From Euprymna scolopes (Eukaryota): a stretch of 64,000 nucleotides of DNA. Below, one piece after another: positions 51,794 through 64,000 of the stretch (within the stretch, counting starts at the first letter, position 1; each line of letters starts with the position of its first letter). The stretch is taken from the NCBI GenBank assembly GCA_053919585.1, contig CM132819.1; one strand, written 5' to 3'. Under the pieces are notes generated by a model. The model saw nothing but the letters and a program-made list of their open reading frames with translations, searched no databases and was not told the DNA's origin. The position numbers and the translations under genes are program-made.

Positions 51794-54347
51794 TACAAAA
51801 TCCCGCTTCTTCATTTGTTGTTAAATATATGCTTAGAATAATCAGTCAAAACTGAACATAATGTATATTGTATTTTGAGGAGGCTGACGATTGTTGATAA
51901 AATAGACAAAGAAAAAAACGGCGCACGTATCAGCTTTTAAGCTTGACAATCTTATTTTTAAATGTGTTTAGTTTTTCACCTTCTGCGTTTAAAAGTCTGA
52001 TATTCGTTGAATATGTTAATAATAATAATATATCGGATATGCAAAATACGTGTTTTTAATTATTTTGCGAAAAAGACTAACTTTTAATCTTTAAAAAATA
52101 AATTTATAATTTCCTTTCAGTGAGCCCACTATTTCTAATATAGCATTAAGTAGAAAACGTTTTGAAGAATCGATAATAAAAAGAAAAAAATGCACATTTT
52201 ACTAAAAATACGATAATTTATTTCGGCAATTTCATGTTTAATATCTTAGGGTAGACCAACCTTGATAATAGATGCAAGAGTTGTTTTCAACGCACACGAC
52301 TCCTAGCATACTTAACATTGTCACCAATCTGGTAATGGCCAGCCTAATCGTTGCTTTACTTAGGGGTTTATGTAGGCATGTTGCATAGAGGTACATATTA
52401 AAGATATGACGGGGATTCATATTGTGACAATACATATAACGGATCTAACGATGATGAAGGAGAGAGGCATTCATACATATACAGTTATGATCTTAGATTC
52501 TTGGGACTTCCTATAGATACTGAATGGAGATCTATACAAATTCTTAACACAGAGGAGGGGAGATACATAATCTTGTAAAAGTTACACAATACCAATTGCA
52601 AGATGATTAACATATTACCTTTTGAGTGTTGAAAGATGACACATAAAAGCAGTTAGAAAAACACAATGATGACACTTTATTCATTGGATCGGTCGATTGC
52701 GTAGTACGTCAGGAATTCAATTTTGGATCTGCATGGTAAATCTTCTCCGCTTCGCTTCAAAAGGGTCAGCTGACCACTGACTGCAAACTGACTGACTCTC
52801 GACTCTCTGACTGACTCTCTAGCTCATATGTTGAGAATTCCCCTTCGTTTTGATGTCAGAAGTGAGTTTTCCAAACATGAATAATTCACGTGGCCATGCA
52901 CACGCTTTTGACAACAAAAGAACGTTTAACATATAACTCGAACCTATTTTTAACATAATATTTTTAATTTGTATTGTTCATTCTTTTTTGCTGACCGTTT
53001 AAACATTCCGATTCCAAACAAAATGAACAATCAATCCTTTTACGATATAAACAAAATCTAACTATTTCTTTTAGAATTTATCAATAGACTAAATTCTAAC
53101 ATTTCAATTCTTAAGCTTGCTTACAAGGTTCGAGTCTCAGCTTATCCTAATCTCATTTTCACCTATCTAATACTCTTCTTATTTACATGGAAACTTGACA
53201 GACTTTCCCTGGAACATGTATATATCGATTATAAAATAAAACTTAAACCCTTCACTTAATTGTCAATCGACTAATAAAAAAGTTGGAATTATTTGAAATT
53301 TAGGCAATCATGTTATAATATTTTTACATATTCTCATAGCAAATCACCCTAAATCTTATTTAATCATGAAATAAATTGGCCGAAAACCGTTTAAAAATAT
53401 TTAAATATTTTATCTTCGAGACAAAGATGGCCGTAAATGGTGTGGTTTTGGACAATTTAAACTTTTAAATCCATTAAAACAATAAATAAGATTTATATTA
53501 TTCTGCTTTTCATGTACTTAATTTAAGGCTTTTACCTTTGTGGGGAAAAAAGCCCCCGAGAATAATGAATTTTAATACATTTTATTTCGTTTAAAAAAAA
53601 AGACAATGTTTGTTTAACTTTTTTGTCTATTTTTGTTTTAGTTTTCTGTGTTGCTATGATTTAAGGGCCTGATCTTAACGTTGGATATCGATTAAATGGG
53701 GGACTATAAAATGAAATGTTCACTCGCAGTATTTTCTCACTTGCAATTGCGTCGAAATTATTGCATACATTATACAAACATTGTTGCAGGGTATATTTCT
53801 CTACATTATTAATGCTGTGAGGGCGATTTCTATGTCATTATATGTTAACGTGTTCGACAGACATTTGTTAAAAAAATAAAATGAATTAGAATGTTCTAGT
53901 ATTATTTTGCTAATGATTACATGAATTCATAGTTTTTGCTGCCTATTTTTAGAAGATATCACTATTTTCTTTTTACGCATAATTATATGTTAAGGAGATT
54001 GTGACAAAATTGGATTCGATAACGAGAGCTCTTCGCATAAACTGAGAAGGACTCATTTTCTTTACAAAACAAAACAAAAAAACAATCAATTCCTCATTGT
54101 TTTACCTGTTATTTTTTGTTCGAATCCAAATGAATTAATTATGAATATCATTTTTTGTACTTCGAATTACATCTATATATTTAATAAACAGACTTAGGCG
54201 TGCATTTTAGGAAATAACAGTCAGCGTTACCTTAGAGAAATCCCATCTTCCTCCTGTTGTTTACAATAGAACATAATTTGCTATTATCTCTCACACACAC
54301 TCTCTCTCTCTCCCTCTCTCGGTATATACTTGTTCCAACACTGAAAT

Positions 54348-54680
54348 ATTTTAAAATAGCGACTTATGTTAATAATGATATACACTGCTAGTGTATATTG
54401 ATTACTAAATACATCTTCAATAATTTATTATCATTGGGTATCACATACATAATTACGTCGTAATCAAAAATATATACGTATTTATTTGTTATTCATATTT
54501 TACAATTATCTCAGGTACGCAGTGTTCAAGTTAAACATTAGATATTGAAGCATTCTGCTATTACTTTATAGTATACGAGATATTAGTAGGTTGTCTTTTA
54601 TTAAAAACTTCCGTCAGGGCAAAATTACTTCTATCTACTAAAAAGAAGATTAACAGTGGTGTTTCCTAACTAAGACACCC
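54348..54680 (+). repeat. Local duplication, copy 1 (~330 bp)
   Basis: Highly similar to 56025-56360 in the same orientation. Confidence 0.92.
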
Positions 54681-56024
54681 ACACAATCAAACTAACTTTT
54701 TACACATATCTTATATTTATTCATTTTATACTGTAATTTCGAAGATATTTCTGGTTCCGGCTTTCACATATGTTATCTCATATTCACGTCTTTCATACAA
54801 CACAAATATCAACCTTTTTTGGCGATACTTTAAAACGAGTCGGTATTGAAAACATGTCCTTTACATATATTTTAGCAATTAATACTCTCGTCAAAATATA
54901 TCTAACAGAACATTCATTCGATCAGCTTTCAATATTTTAAATACATTATATGTATTTCAATTCTCTACAAATGTATCCACATTATGTATTTTAGTGGCTC
55001 ATATATTATAATACCCCGGGAATCTATAGTTTAATTTGTTTTATATGGACAGATGGGATTATACTAGATCTGTTCTGACTGTGCTATTTTCCAAAAGGTA
55101 ATCCTAGAAAACAGACCACACTAGTATATTCTCAACTGATGAAAATTTCTCATTTAAATTTACATATTATGCATGTAAATTCGAGCAAAGATCTCTTCAG
55201 AAGTTTCAATTTTATTCGTGAAAATAATCTCAAAACGAAATGAACACCAATTAAACCTGATTAAATAATTCCTTACTAAATAATATTTATTAATAATAAT
55301 TTAAATTCATAATATTAAAAAAAACAAGGAAATACATTATTAAAAATATATATACTTTTTCTCGTCTTCTTCCCTTGTTTTGACCTTTAAAGATCATCGA
55401 CGATACTATTGTCACAACTTGAATAAATTACGTAAACATTTATTTTGAATTATTTTCTATTTTTCGTAGGAGTAATTACGTTTGCCAAGATTAGGATATA
55501 TTCGTGGTGATATATTTGAGCCAAAAATTTGTTGTTGCGATAGGAACATACATGATTAACTCGGTACGATATGTATTCACCAAAAGTTTGTTAAACAAAA
55601 ACTAATAAAATATATCACGAATATTGTAATGATTGGTTTAGCATGGTTGTGTTTTTTTTTCACTTATCGATGAACATCATTCACGCACCTCAAATAAAGA
55701 TGATATATTAAGTAGTTTTTCTCGGTTAGTTTACGAGATTGCATGCTTAGTCGATGTAATTTAATTAAATAATAATACAAAAGGCGGTATTTTCTCATTC
55801 GTATATTTTATTTAAAATGCTTGGTTTGTTTTTCAAATATTTTTCGCAAAAATTATTTGCCATGTGGGTAGAAATTGTTTCTCAGGCGTATACCATAGAA
55901 AGGCGATTGTATTAAAAATGAGAATTCACAAAAATGTTCCTGGTTTTCTTCGGAACAATCCGTAGTATCATATCATTATAATCGACACTGTTTTATTTAT
56001 ATATAATCAAATTCGCATTGGTAC

Positions 56025-56358
56025 ATTTAAAATAGCTACTTATGTTAGTAATGATATACACTGCTAGTGTGTATTGATTACTAAACACATCTTCAATAAT
56101 TTATTATCATTGGGTGTCACATACATAATTACGTTGTAATCAAAAATATATACGTATTTTGTTTGTTATTAATATTTTATAATTATCTCAGGTGCGCAGT
56201 GTTCCAGTTAAACATTAGATATTGAATCATTATGGCATTACTTTATAGTATACGAGATATAAGTAGGTTGTCTTTTATTAAAAACTTCCGTCAGGGCAAT
56301 ATTTCTTCTATCTACTAAAAAAAAACATTAACAAGTGGTGTTTCCTAATGAAGACACT

Positions 56359-56360
<2 letters not shown>
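56025..56360 (+). repeat. Local duplication, copy 2
   Basis: taatgatatacactgctagtgt.tattgattactaaa.acatcttcaataatttattatcattggg ... gtaggttgtcttttattaaaaacttccgtcagggcaa is shared with 54348-54680. Confidence 0.92.
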
Positions 56361-56436
<76 letters not shown>

Positions 56437-57765
56437 TGGTATTGTATAAAACATTACAGATTTTCTGTTCAACAGATTTCTACATTGGTTAGTTTCAGTG
56501 TTTTCATCTTAAATGTGTTGATGTAAACATTACGTTCCAGTAAGTTTTTCTCCTTTTTTTTTGCAGTCAGAAAATGTAAGACAGCTTTTATGCAATTCGG
56601 CTATAACTCAGTCCGGTATTGGAATAATATTTAACTTAAAAGTACACAAAATATGTGCAATATTCACAGTCATATGGAGAGACTAAGAACTAGCAAAGTT
56701 AAATATNNNNNNNNNNNNNNNNNNNNNNNNNNNNNNNNNNNNNNNNNNNNNNNNNNNNNNNNNNNNNNNNNNNNNNNNNNNNNNNNNNNNNNNNNNNNNN
56801 NNNNNNNNNNNNNNNNNNNNNNNNNNNNNNNNNNNNNNNNNNNNNNNNNNNNNNNNNNNNNNNNNNNNNNNNNNNNNNNNNNNNNNNNNNNNNNNNNNNN
56901 NNNNNCTTATATTTTCCAGTATTAATTTATTGACTACATAACGTGTTTGTAAATATATTTCACTTAAATATTGTACACTAACAGACAAAATCATTATAAA
57001 TCAATCTTATTCATGAAAAAATGTATGTGGTCATAATAATATAGAAATCTGTAGAAATAATTACAAATGCTTAAACTGTTGAGTTTCAAGACATCAATTA
57101 AAACTGGTATTTATATGTCTTTTAAATAAATCAACGGTTATTTTTTCTTATATGACGCATTAAAGCTAAACAAATAGGCAAATTTACACATAGACATTTC
57201 CTGGATTTTAACTGTTCACATATTAGCATTACATAGTCAACGATAATTGCTGAATCTATACAAGTTTGCATATTCAGACTGATAGTATCATATTTGTCAA
57301 ATCGGAAATACTCTAGCAGAAATAACAATAATGTGTGGAAAAATATATTAAAAATCCTGCGATTCCCTTATTGGAGTGCAACCTTTTTGTAAAACGTAAA
57401 TCTTTTGGGGCAATGCACTATTAAAGTACAACAATAATAAATTGAAACATCAGTTAATTTCTGTGAAGATTGTAGTATATAATCAGAAATATGTTGACTA
57501 AGCATAATTTCCCCAGAGAATATTTGAAAAACATTCGTATTTACATGTCAGTCGAATTATTTGATTCGTTCTTATTTTCATAATTCACNNNNNNNNNNNN
57601 NNNNNNNNNNNNNNNNNNNNNNNNNNNNNNNNNNNNNNNNNNNNNNNNNNNNNNNNNNNNNNNNNNNNNNNNNNNNNNNNNNNNNNNNNNNNNNNNNNNN
57701 NNNNNNNNNNNNNNNNNNNNNNNNNNNNNNNNNNNNNNNNNNNNNNNNNNNNNNNNNNNNNNNNN

Positions 57766-58468
57766 CTTGGTTCAAAACAATCTACAGAAAAAGGAATGTG
57801 TTTTATGAAAGTATAATAGGTCATGAAAAGGAAGGGTTGTAAATTTGGGTTAAATTTGGGGGTATCAAAACCAAAGAAAAATATGATTAAAGTAAAAGTA
57901 AAATAGATAAATCCCATAATTTATTATACCATACCTGTTCACACTGAAACACTTACCACAATATTCTGTGGATCTATATTAAAAAGCCTTGTTAAACTTT
58001 GTGACATATTTCCATTCTATGGAGGTCAGGTTCGAACGAACACGTCATAATTTTATTATACCATACTTCTTCAAACTGAAACAAAATTATCAAAGTATAC
58101 TTACGCAGATAGATATGAAACGTCTTTATTAAAGTGTGTGCCTATTTCCATTTATGGATGCCAGGCACGAACGCAGACCCCACAATTTTATTATACCACC
58201 CCAATTTAAGTTAAGACATACTTATCAAAGTATTCTTATGTACATCTATATCAAAAACACTTGTACACGTGTTTTTTAATTTTTAATTTTTTATTTCCAT
58301 ACTTTGTGGACCAGGCGCAAACGCAGACCCCACAATATTTATGAACCACAGTTCTACTAGACTAAACATACCCATTCCTGTGTCTAGATACATCTTCAAA
58401 CATAGTATGTAATCAGTTTTTAAAAATAGTCAACCATATAGGAGCCTATTCGTGACAAGACACACACA
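57766..58468 (-). repeat. Interspersed repeat, copy 2 (inverted relative to 5665-6378)
   Basis: Its reverse complement matches 5665-6378, including the internal subrepeats. It is cut by an N gap. Confidence 0.85.
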
Positions 58469-58568
58469 GATATGCAGGTGTATATTATATACAAATATAT
58501 ATATATATATACATGCATATATATGCATATATATGTATATATATGAGTGTATGTGTTATGTACGTATG

Positions 58569-58623
<55 letters not shown>

Positions 58624-59207
58624 TTTTAAATTTATATCCAGAAATATTACAAAGTCGTGGCACTGAACATGATAATGTTTCGGAAAATTGTTGGCCAGAA
58701 TCAAAAGGCTTCTTCAGGCGACGTTATGAAGCGGATATTCAAATGAAGCATCTTGTTCTCATGAAAAAATTAAAATATTTGTCTGCATTTATAAAATTTA
58801 AATCCTATATGTTAAAATGCATAATATAAACGGGATGTGTGTAAGGTAAAGTGAGATTTTGTGCTCCAAACAACGGAAAGCGATAGGGGAAAAAATGTCA
58901 ATACTTAACGTCATAAAAAAAGGAAAAAGAAAAGGAAAAGGTTAAAAATAAAATAGATAGAGATAGAAGAAAGACAAATGAGTCAGCAAGAATTCACCCT
59001 TGCAAGAAATGGGAGTGGATGAAAATATTTGAAATTATCGTTTATAAAGGGTTGCGAGTTTACGTGTTAAAACATTAGATTAGTCTACCATAGATTAAAC
59101 ATAAACAAAATAAAATAAAGCGAGTAAAAATCGAAGGAAGTTAAAAAGTTCGGCCCTAGGAGGGGAATAGACAAATACCAATTTCCACATTGAGTATCTA
59201 GTCCGGA

Positions 59208-59247
<40 letters not shown>

Positions 59248-59359
59248 ATCTACGTAGCAGCAACACAGTCGAAAACACACATATGTGGACATATAAAAAC
59301 GTGACAATGAGAATGAATCTAATTTAATTTAAAAAAAAAGACGATATTATTTAGAGATA

Positions 59360-60870
59360 CTTAGGTTGCGTTTTTCTTATCATAAGTCAAATTTACAACA
59401 CTAAAATTTAAAATTAAAACTCCCAATGATAAATATTAAAAGTCTAAAAAATAAATAGAAAAATAACAAAAATAATAAAGAATACCACTTGGTGTATCAG
59501 AATTTGGGGGGAATTTTTGACACCCCTTAGAAGAAACTGCAAATAAAATATTTTTAAAAAACTCGTAATTTCTTTTTTAAATGTGGGTGTTTTTTTTCTT
59601 TATGGAATATACTTCCAAAATAAACTATTCAAGTGATTTAAAATATAATATAATTATTATTTTTTATTTAAAAAAACAGTGTTTAAAAAGTGCCGGCGCG
59701 CCTTCATGCAGCAATTTTTTTTACGTAATGAAATCAATTGCATTTTACGAGTTAATTTATTTCAATTTTTAAACTTTAAAAATCTATCAACATTTTTTTT
59801 TATTTGGTACATTTTTATGATATATTCAAGGTCAATGTGAAATTTTATGCTATTTCCAATAAACTGAAAATAATATTTTAGACAAACGTTGTTTTTTTTA
59901 TTCGACCCCCATTTTTAAATGTCTATTAAAATTATAATAATTAATTTATCTACCAAAGTGTTATACATCACAAATTGAAGGTAAAAATGAATAAATAATA
60001 TATTCAAATTTAAAACAAAAACAGAAATGTTTTTTAGAAATTTACATGTGAAGTCCAAATTTTAAAAACATTTTTTGAAAAGAACACGTTGTTTTTTTGT
60101 TTTTGTTTATAAAACCTTATAATCTTCTGATATGGCACAGAAAGTTTCGTTGTATTACGAAAATTATTTCTATTTCATTCAATTTTTTTAATATTAAAAA
60201 AAATCACTCCATAAGGTGGAAATTAAATATATTAAATAAAAAACTCGTGTATTTCTTTGAGAAAAAAAATCATCAAATGTTTTGTGTTTTTTTAAGACAA
60301 AAAATTTAAAGTAAAATGGGACTACTTTTCAGGTATGGAGGCACAACTTTCTTTATACGCAAGGCTAGAAGGCTAACGCGAACGTGTGATTTTTACTGCT
60401 TCTGTCCAACTTTAGTTCAAACGGCGACTTTCGATTTTCGATGACGGCATAAAAATCCTGCGATGTCGCGCTTTTTTTTCAAAACAGTCGTTTAAAAAAG
60501 TATTTTATTTTAAAAATAAATGGAATTGTAAGTGTAAATATGGATAAATTATTTGCAATTGAGATTTGAACTAAACACTCGATACTATTATTATAGGTAA
60601 GTGATATTTTCCAATTTATATCGACTTTTTATAACCGAAGAAATTAAAATTTGGTTTATTTTCTTCAAATCATTTTGAAAGAAAACCGATTGAAAAAAAA
60701 ATATTGCATAATTTTAACCTGTTATTTTTTAAAATGCTGGTCTTTGCTCCTTTAATCGAAAAAATAGGGTTTGAATTACATTTTTCAAACAGTTATAAGC
60801 TTGTAAAATAGGAGGTCGAATTATTCTTTTTTTTCACACATTCGTAAGAACGGTTTCTGACACACCTAGA
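59360..60870. mobile_element. Possible AT-rich non-autonomous DNA transposon
   Basis: Very AT-rich block with many short inverted segments and weakly complementary ends (taggttgcgtttttcttat / gtaagaacggtttctgacacaccta). No coding motif. Confidence 0.25.
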
Positions 60871-61246
60871 ACACAACATATAAAAAATATATAATAATAA
60901 AACTATGAAAATGAATATGAAAGGATAATGAAATAAATATAATTGATAATCATAATATTAATAATAATAGTATATGCATATATGTATATACATATATATG
61001 CGAACATATAGCCATAACAAATACGCATAATGTATATGCGGCTATAAGGCGTGTAGACGTAATNNNNNNNNNNNNNNNNNNNNNNNNNNNNNNNNNNNNN
61101 NNNNNNNNNNNNNNNNNNNNNNNNNNNNNNNNNNNNNNNNNNNNNNNNNNNNNNNNNNNNNNNNNNNNNNNNNNNNNNNNNNNNNNNNNNNNNNNNNNNN
61201 NNNNNNNNAAACACTTGTGCCCGTAGGTATTTAATAATTATTATAG

Positions 61247-61311
<65 letters not shown>

Positions 61312-63733
61312 CATTGTATATATCCCTATATATATTATATAATGAAATAGGTACGATTTTCCCCCTCTGAATCAAATTACAGTTGGTATACTCTAGAAGA
61401 TAGCACATACAAATTTATTATTTTTACATTATTATTCATTACCTTATTTACCAAAATTTTAAACATAACATTTATGCCTAGGAGCGGCATCATCAGCATA
61501 GTTATAGCCTTCAAAGGAAGTAGTTGTAATTCCATCCTCTAATTCATAAGTCCTCTTACGACCCCATACTTTACCGCGTGAATTTATTCTATTTCTTTAT
61601 TTCCTGTGCCTCCGTCGATATAAACTGGCTACGCATTTATTACGTATCGCATATTCTTACTACTTTAAACTTACAGAAATAATGAAGTGTTCCTGTACGC
61701 ATACACTGGCTTCGGATTAGCTGAAATATAAGCATTCCTATATTCTAGATTAACGGTATCAGTCTCAAAGCGGTCACTTGCACTAAAAGTTGGCCGCTAC
61801 ATATGAAACAGAAAATCCCTGGCTTCTTACTTATCGCATTAATCACATCCAAAAGCAATACACATGTAGTTAGACCTTTCAAAAATGAGTTGCTCTGTGT
61901 GTATGTGTGTGTCTCATTAAACTAATAAGCTGGATAATAGTCCGTACATTTGGCTTTGTGTTAACACGCACACGCTTGTGTGCGAGTGAGTTTGTTTACG
62001 TTTATGTACATGTTCAACTGCGCGTTCGTGTGTTTTGTTTAATGTTAATTTCATCTCTTTCCAAATTGTCCAAACCAAAATATTTTCTTAAACTTAAATT
62101 AAAAATAAATAAATCTAATCGATTTTTTTCATTTTTCTTGCGTGCGTGTGTTTTATTTTTATTGAAATAGGTTTTTGTTCATTGAGTATTTAAAAATATA
62201 CATTTTCTTTTAATTTTAGACACCCTTCAGAGTGGTACTGGCGATTACGGTATAAAAACCTCAACGTGCCCTGACAAATGAAAGCAAACAAACTTTGTTC
62301 ATTGAGTATTTTTTAATGTTTATTTTTACAAATAGAAGTATTCTCTTACAATGTTACACATTTTGTTATGTGTACTGTTTCGAACAGGGTAGTGAATAAA
62401 AAATAAGCCCAACTGACTTAATAGTACTTTTGGTAAGACACCATGGATGTGCGGAATCAGTTTAGTTTGTTTGATTTACTTATTTCTTTTAATTACGTTA
62501 ACCATTTTTCCTTAAATGCATTTAGTTCATTTGCTTTGTTTGTATTATTTACGCCTTTATTTGTTTTAATTTTACCTATTTTTCGTTTTTAATAAAATAT
62601 TTTTAACAAATTTCTTCCAGCATAATTTCAACCATATTTTACACGCACGTGTTCATTTTAATGTTACGTTCATTTATTTCCACATTGTTAAAACCAATAC
62701 ATTTCCTTTAACTTAAATAAATTTTGTTCATTTCCGTTTATATTTTCGTTCGAGTGTGGGTGTTATTTTATTGAGTTTTTGTTGTTGTTCATTGTGTAGT
62801 TATGAAAAAATATTTTTAAAAAACTAACACGCCTTAAACAATGATAGGAAACACACTTTGTTCTTGGAGTATTTTTAAGTTAATTTTTACAAATATTGAG
62901 TATTTTCTTAGTATTTGGTCGGAATTTTGATATAAAAACATTTTTTATTGTAATAATATTAATAATATTTAAACTAAATAATTTTGTTTGTGAATAAATA
63001 TATAAAGAAACTGGCGAATTGTGCGTAAAAAATCAAAGTGCACGAAAAAAATGAAAGAATATAAACTTAACAATTCAATAAAAAAATAACGTAAAACGCA
63101 CAAAAATAAGGTTTGGTTGTTCCTATTTACAATGCCTCCTCACGCGACAGAGTTAGACACGAGGGTGTTTTTATGTGGAGAAAAGGAACAAAAATTAAAA
63201 TTGTCACAGTCGTGAAAGATTTCTCCTCCACTGACAGAGAACCAGAAATTGAATTGCAGCATCTTAAGAACATATACTTTAATCTTGGCCCGAAGGGCAA
63301 GGATAAGGTTTGGTTGTTTGTTTGTTTTGTTTTACGGTATATAAACAATTTCTGGTTATTTAATGCCAAATCCAGTAATTTTGGAAATAGTATTCATGCT
63401 GAATCCAGTGATTTTGTAGAAGGTGTTTACTTTTCAATCACTTTGTACCTTAAATCCCTAGTTTATATTCTTTCGTTCAGTGTTTTTATAGTGAATTTTA
63501 TAGTTTTTGTTCCCTGCCCTGCAGAACATGAATTAGTTTTATAATAGGAGAAGGAAGAGGGTTACAGTATTAATGCTTCGCATATTTCTAGTTAGAAAAC
63601 CAGGTAGGAAGTTGAAGAGATAGAAAAAAAAATGGGAAATGGAAAGAACGAAAAGGGGAAACAGGTGGATTGTTGTTTTTGTTTTAGTTTTGCAGAACAT
63701 AATAAACATTTGCAAAAAAAGTATAAATAAAAA

Positions 63734-63782
63734 CATGTTAGGTGCATTTCGTCACCGGAAGCCAATATCTTCAGCCAGCCTC
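63734..63782 (-). ncRNA. Degenerate minimal hammerhead-like motif
   Basis: Minus strand reads aggctgg CTGAAGA tattgg-ctt-ccggtg ac GAAA tgcac ctaacat. Core boxes and a G.U-rich stem II are present, but the conserved U of NUH is missing. Confidence 0.4.
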
Positions 63783-64000
63783 ATCTGGTAGCACCAGGAA
63801 AAATAATTAAAATAATAAGCTAATTTTTTTTCAGTTTCAGATAAATTATTTAAGTAAAAAAGAAAACTAAATAAAACAGACAAGTCTTTGCACCCTAATA
63901 AAACAGACACGACTCTTTGCGCCTGCGCACTTCTATTGCAGGGAGTGTCCTTACGCAAAACAGGAGTGTGTATAGGGTCTACGTTCATTGTGTTTTACCC

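Noticed and set aside
52230-52930. Solo-LTR-like segment (also 43290-43560)
   Set aside because: The composition and ctgact repeats are suggestive, but no clear TG..CA ends, TSD or partner were found.
1930-61214. ORFs made of YIYI/CVCV runs, poly-Leu or X
   Set aside because: Artefacts of microsatellites and N gaps.
63307-63377. Short (GTTT)n-led segment resembling a short interspersed repeat
   Set aside because: Only one copy is in the window, so it cannot be supported without a search.
1-64000. Species assignment
   Set aside because: The repeat content suggests an invertebrate animal, but there is no diagnostic marker gene.

Overview
AT-rich eukaryotic (metazoan-like, invertebrate-style) draft-assembly DNA with eight N gaps and many (TA)n/(CA)n microsatellites. 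I can support no intact host protein-coding gene, rRNA, true tRNA or CRISPR array. The window is mostly decayed mobile elements: four Ty3/Gypsy LTR-retrotransposon remnants, a 5'-truncated RTE-clade LINE ending in three C2H2 fingers, a CR1/L2/Jockey-type RT scrap, a full-length decayed mariner (DD34D), a decayed Tc3-like element with IR-DR ends, tandem non-autonomous Helitrons, foldback/MITE-like palindromes, a tRNA-derived SINE head and a ~6.9-kb array of a 74-bp satellite. The most interesting signals are non-coding RNA motifs. Two type I hammerhead ribozyme motifs lie 283 bp apart (26.41-26.80 kb; retrozyme or Penelope-pLTR-like), and one has an intact catalytic core. Several more decayed hammerhead-like cores occur elsewhere, and a P4-less HDV-like ribozyme candidate heads a ~520-bp structured non-coding element inserted in (TA)n (51.2-51.7 kb). 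All family calls come from reading motifs by eye; no searches were run.
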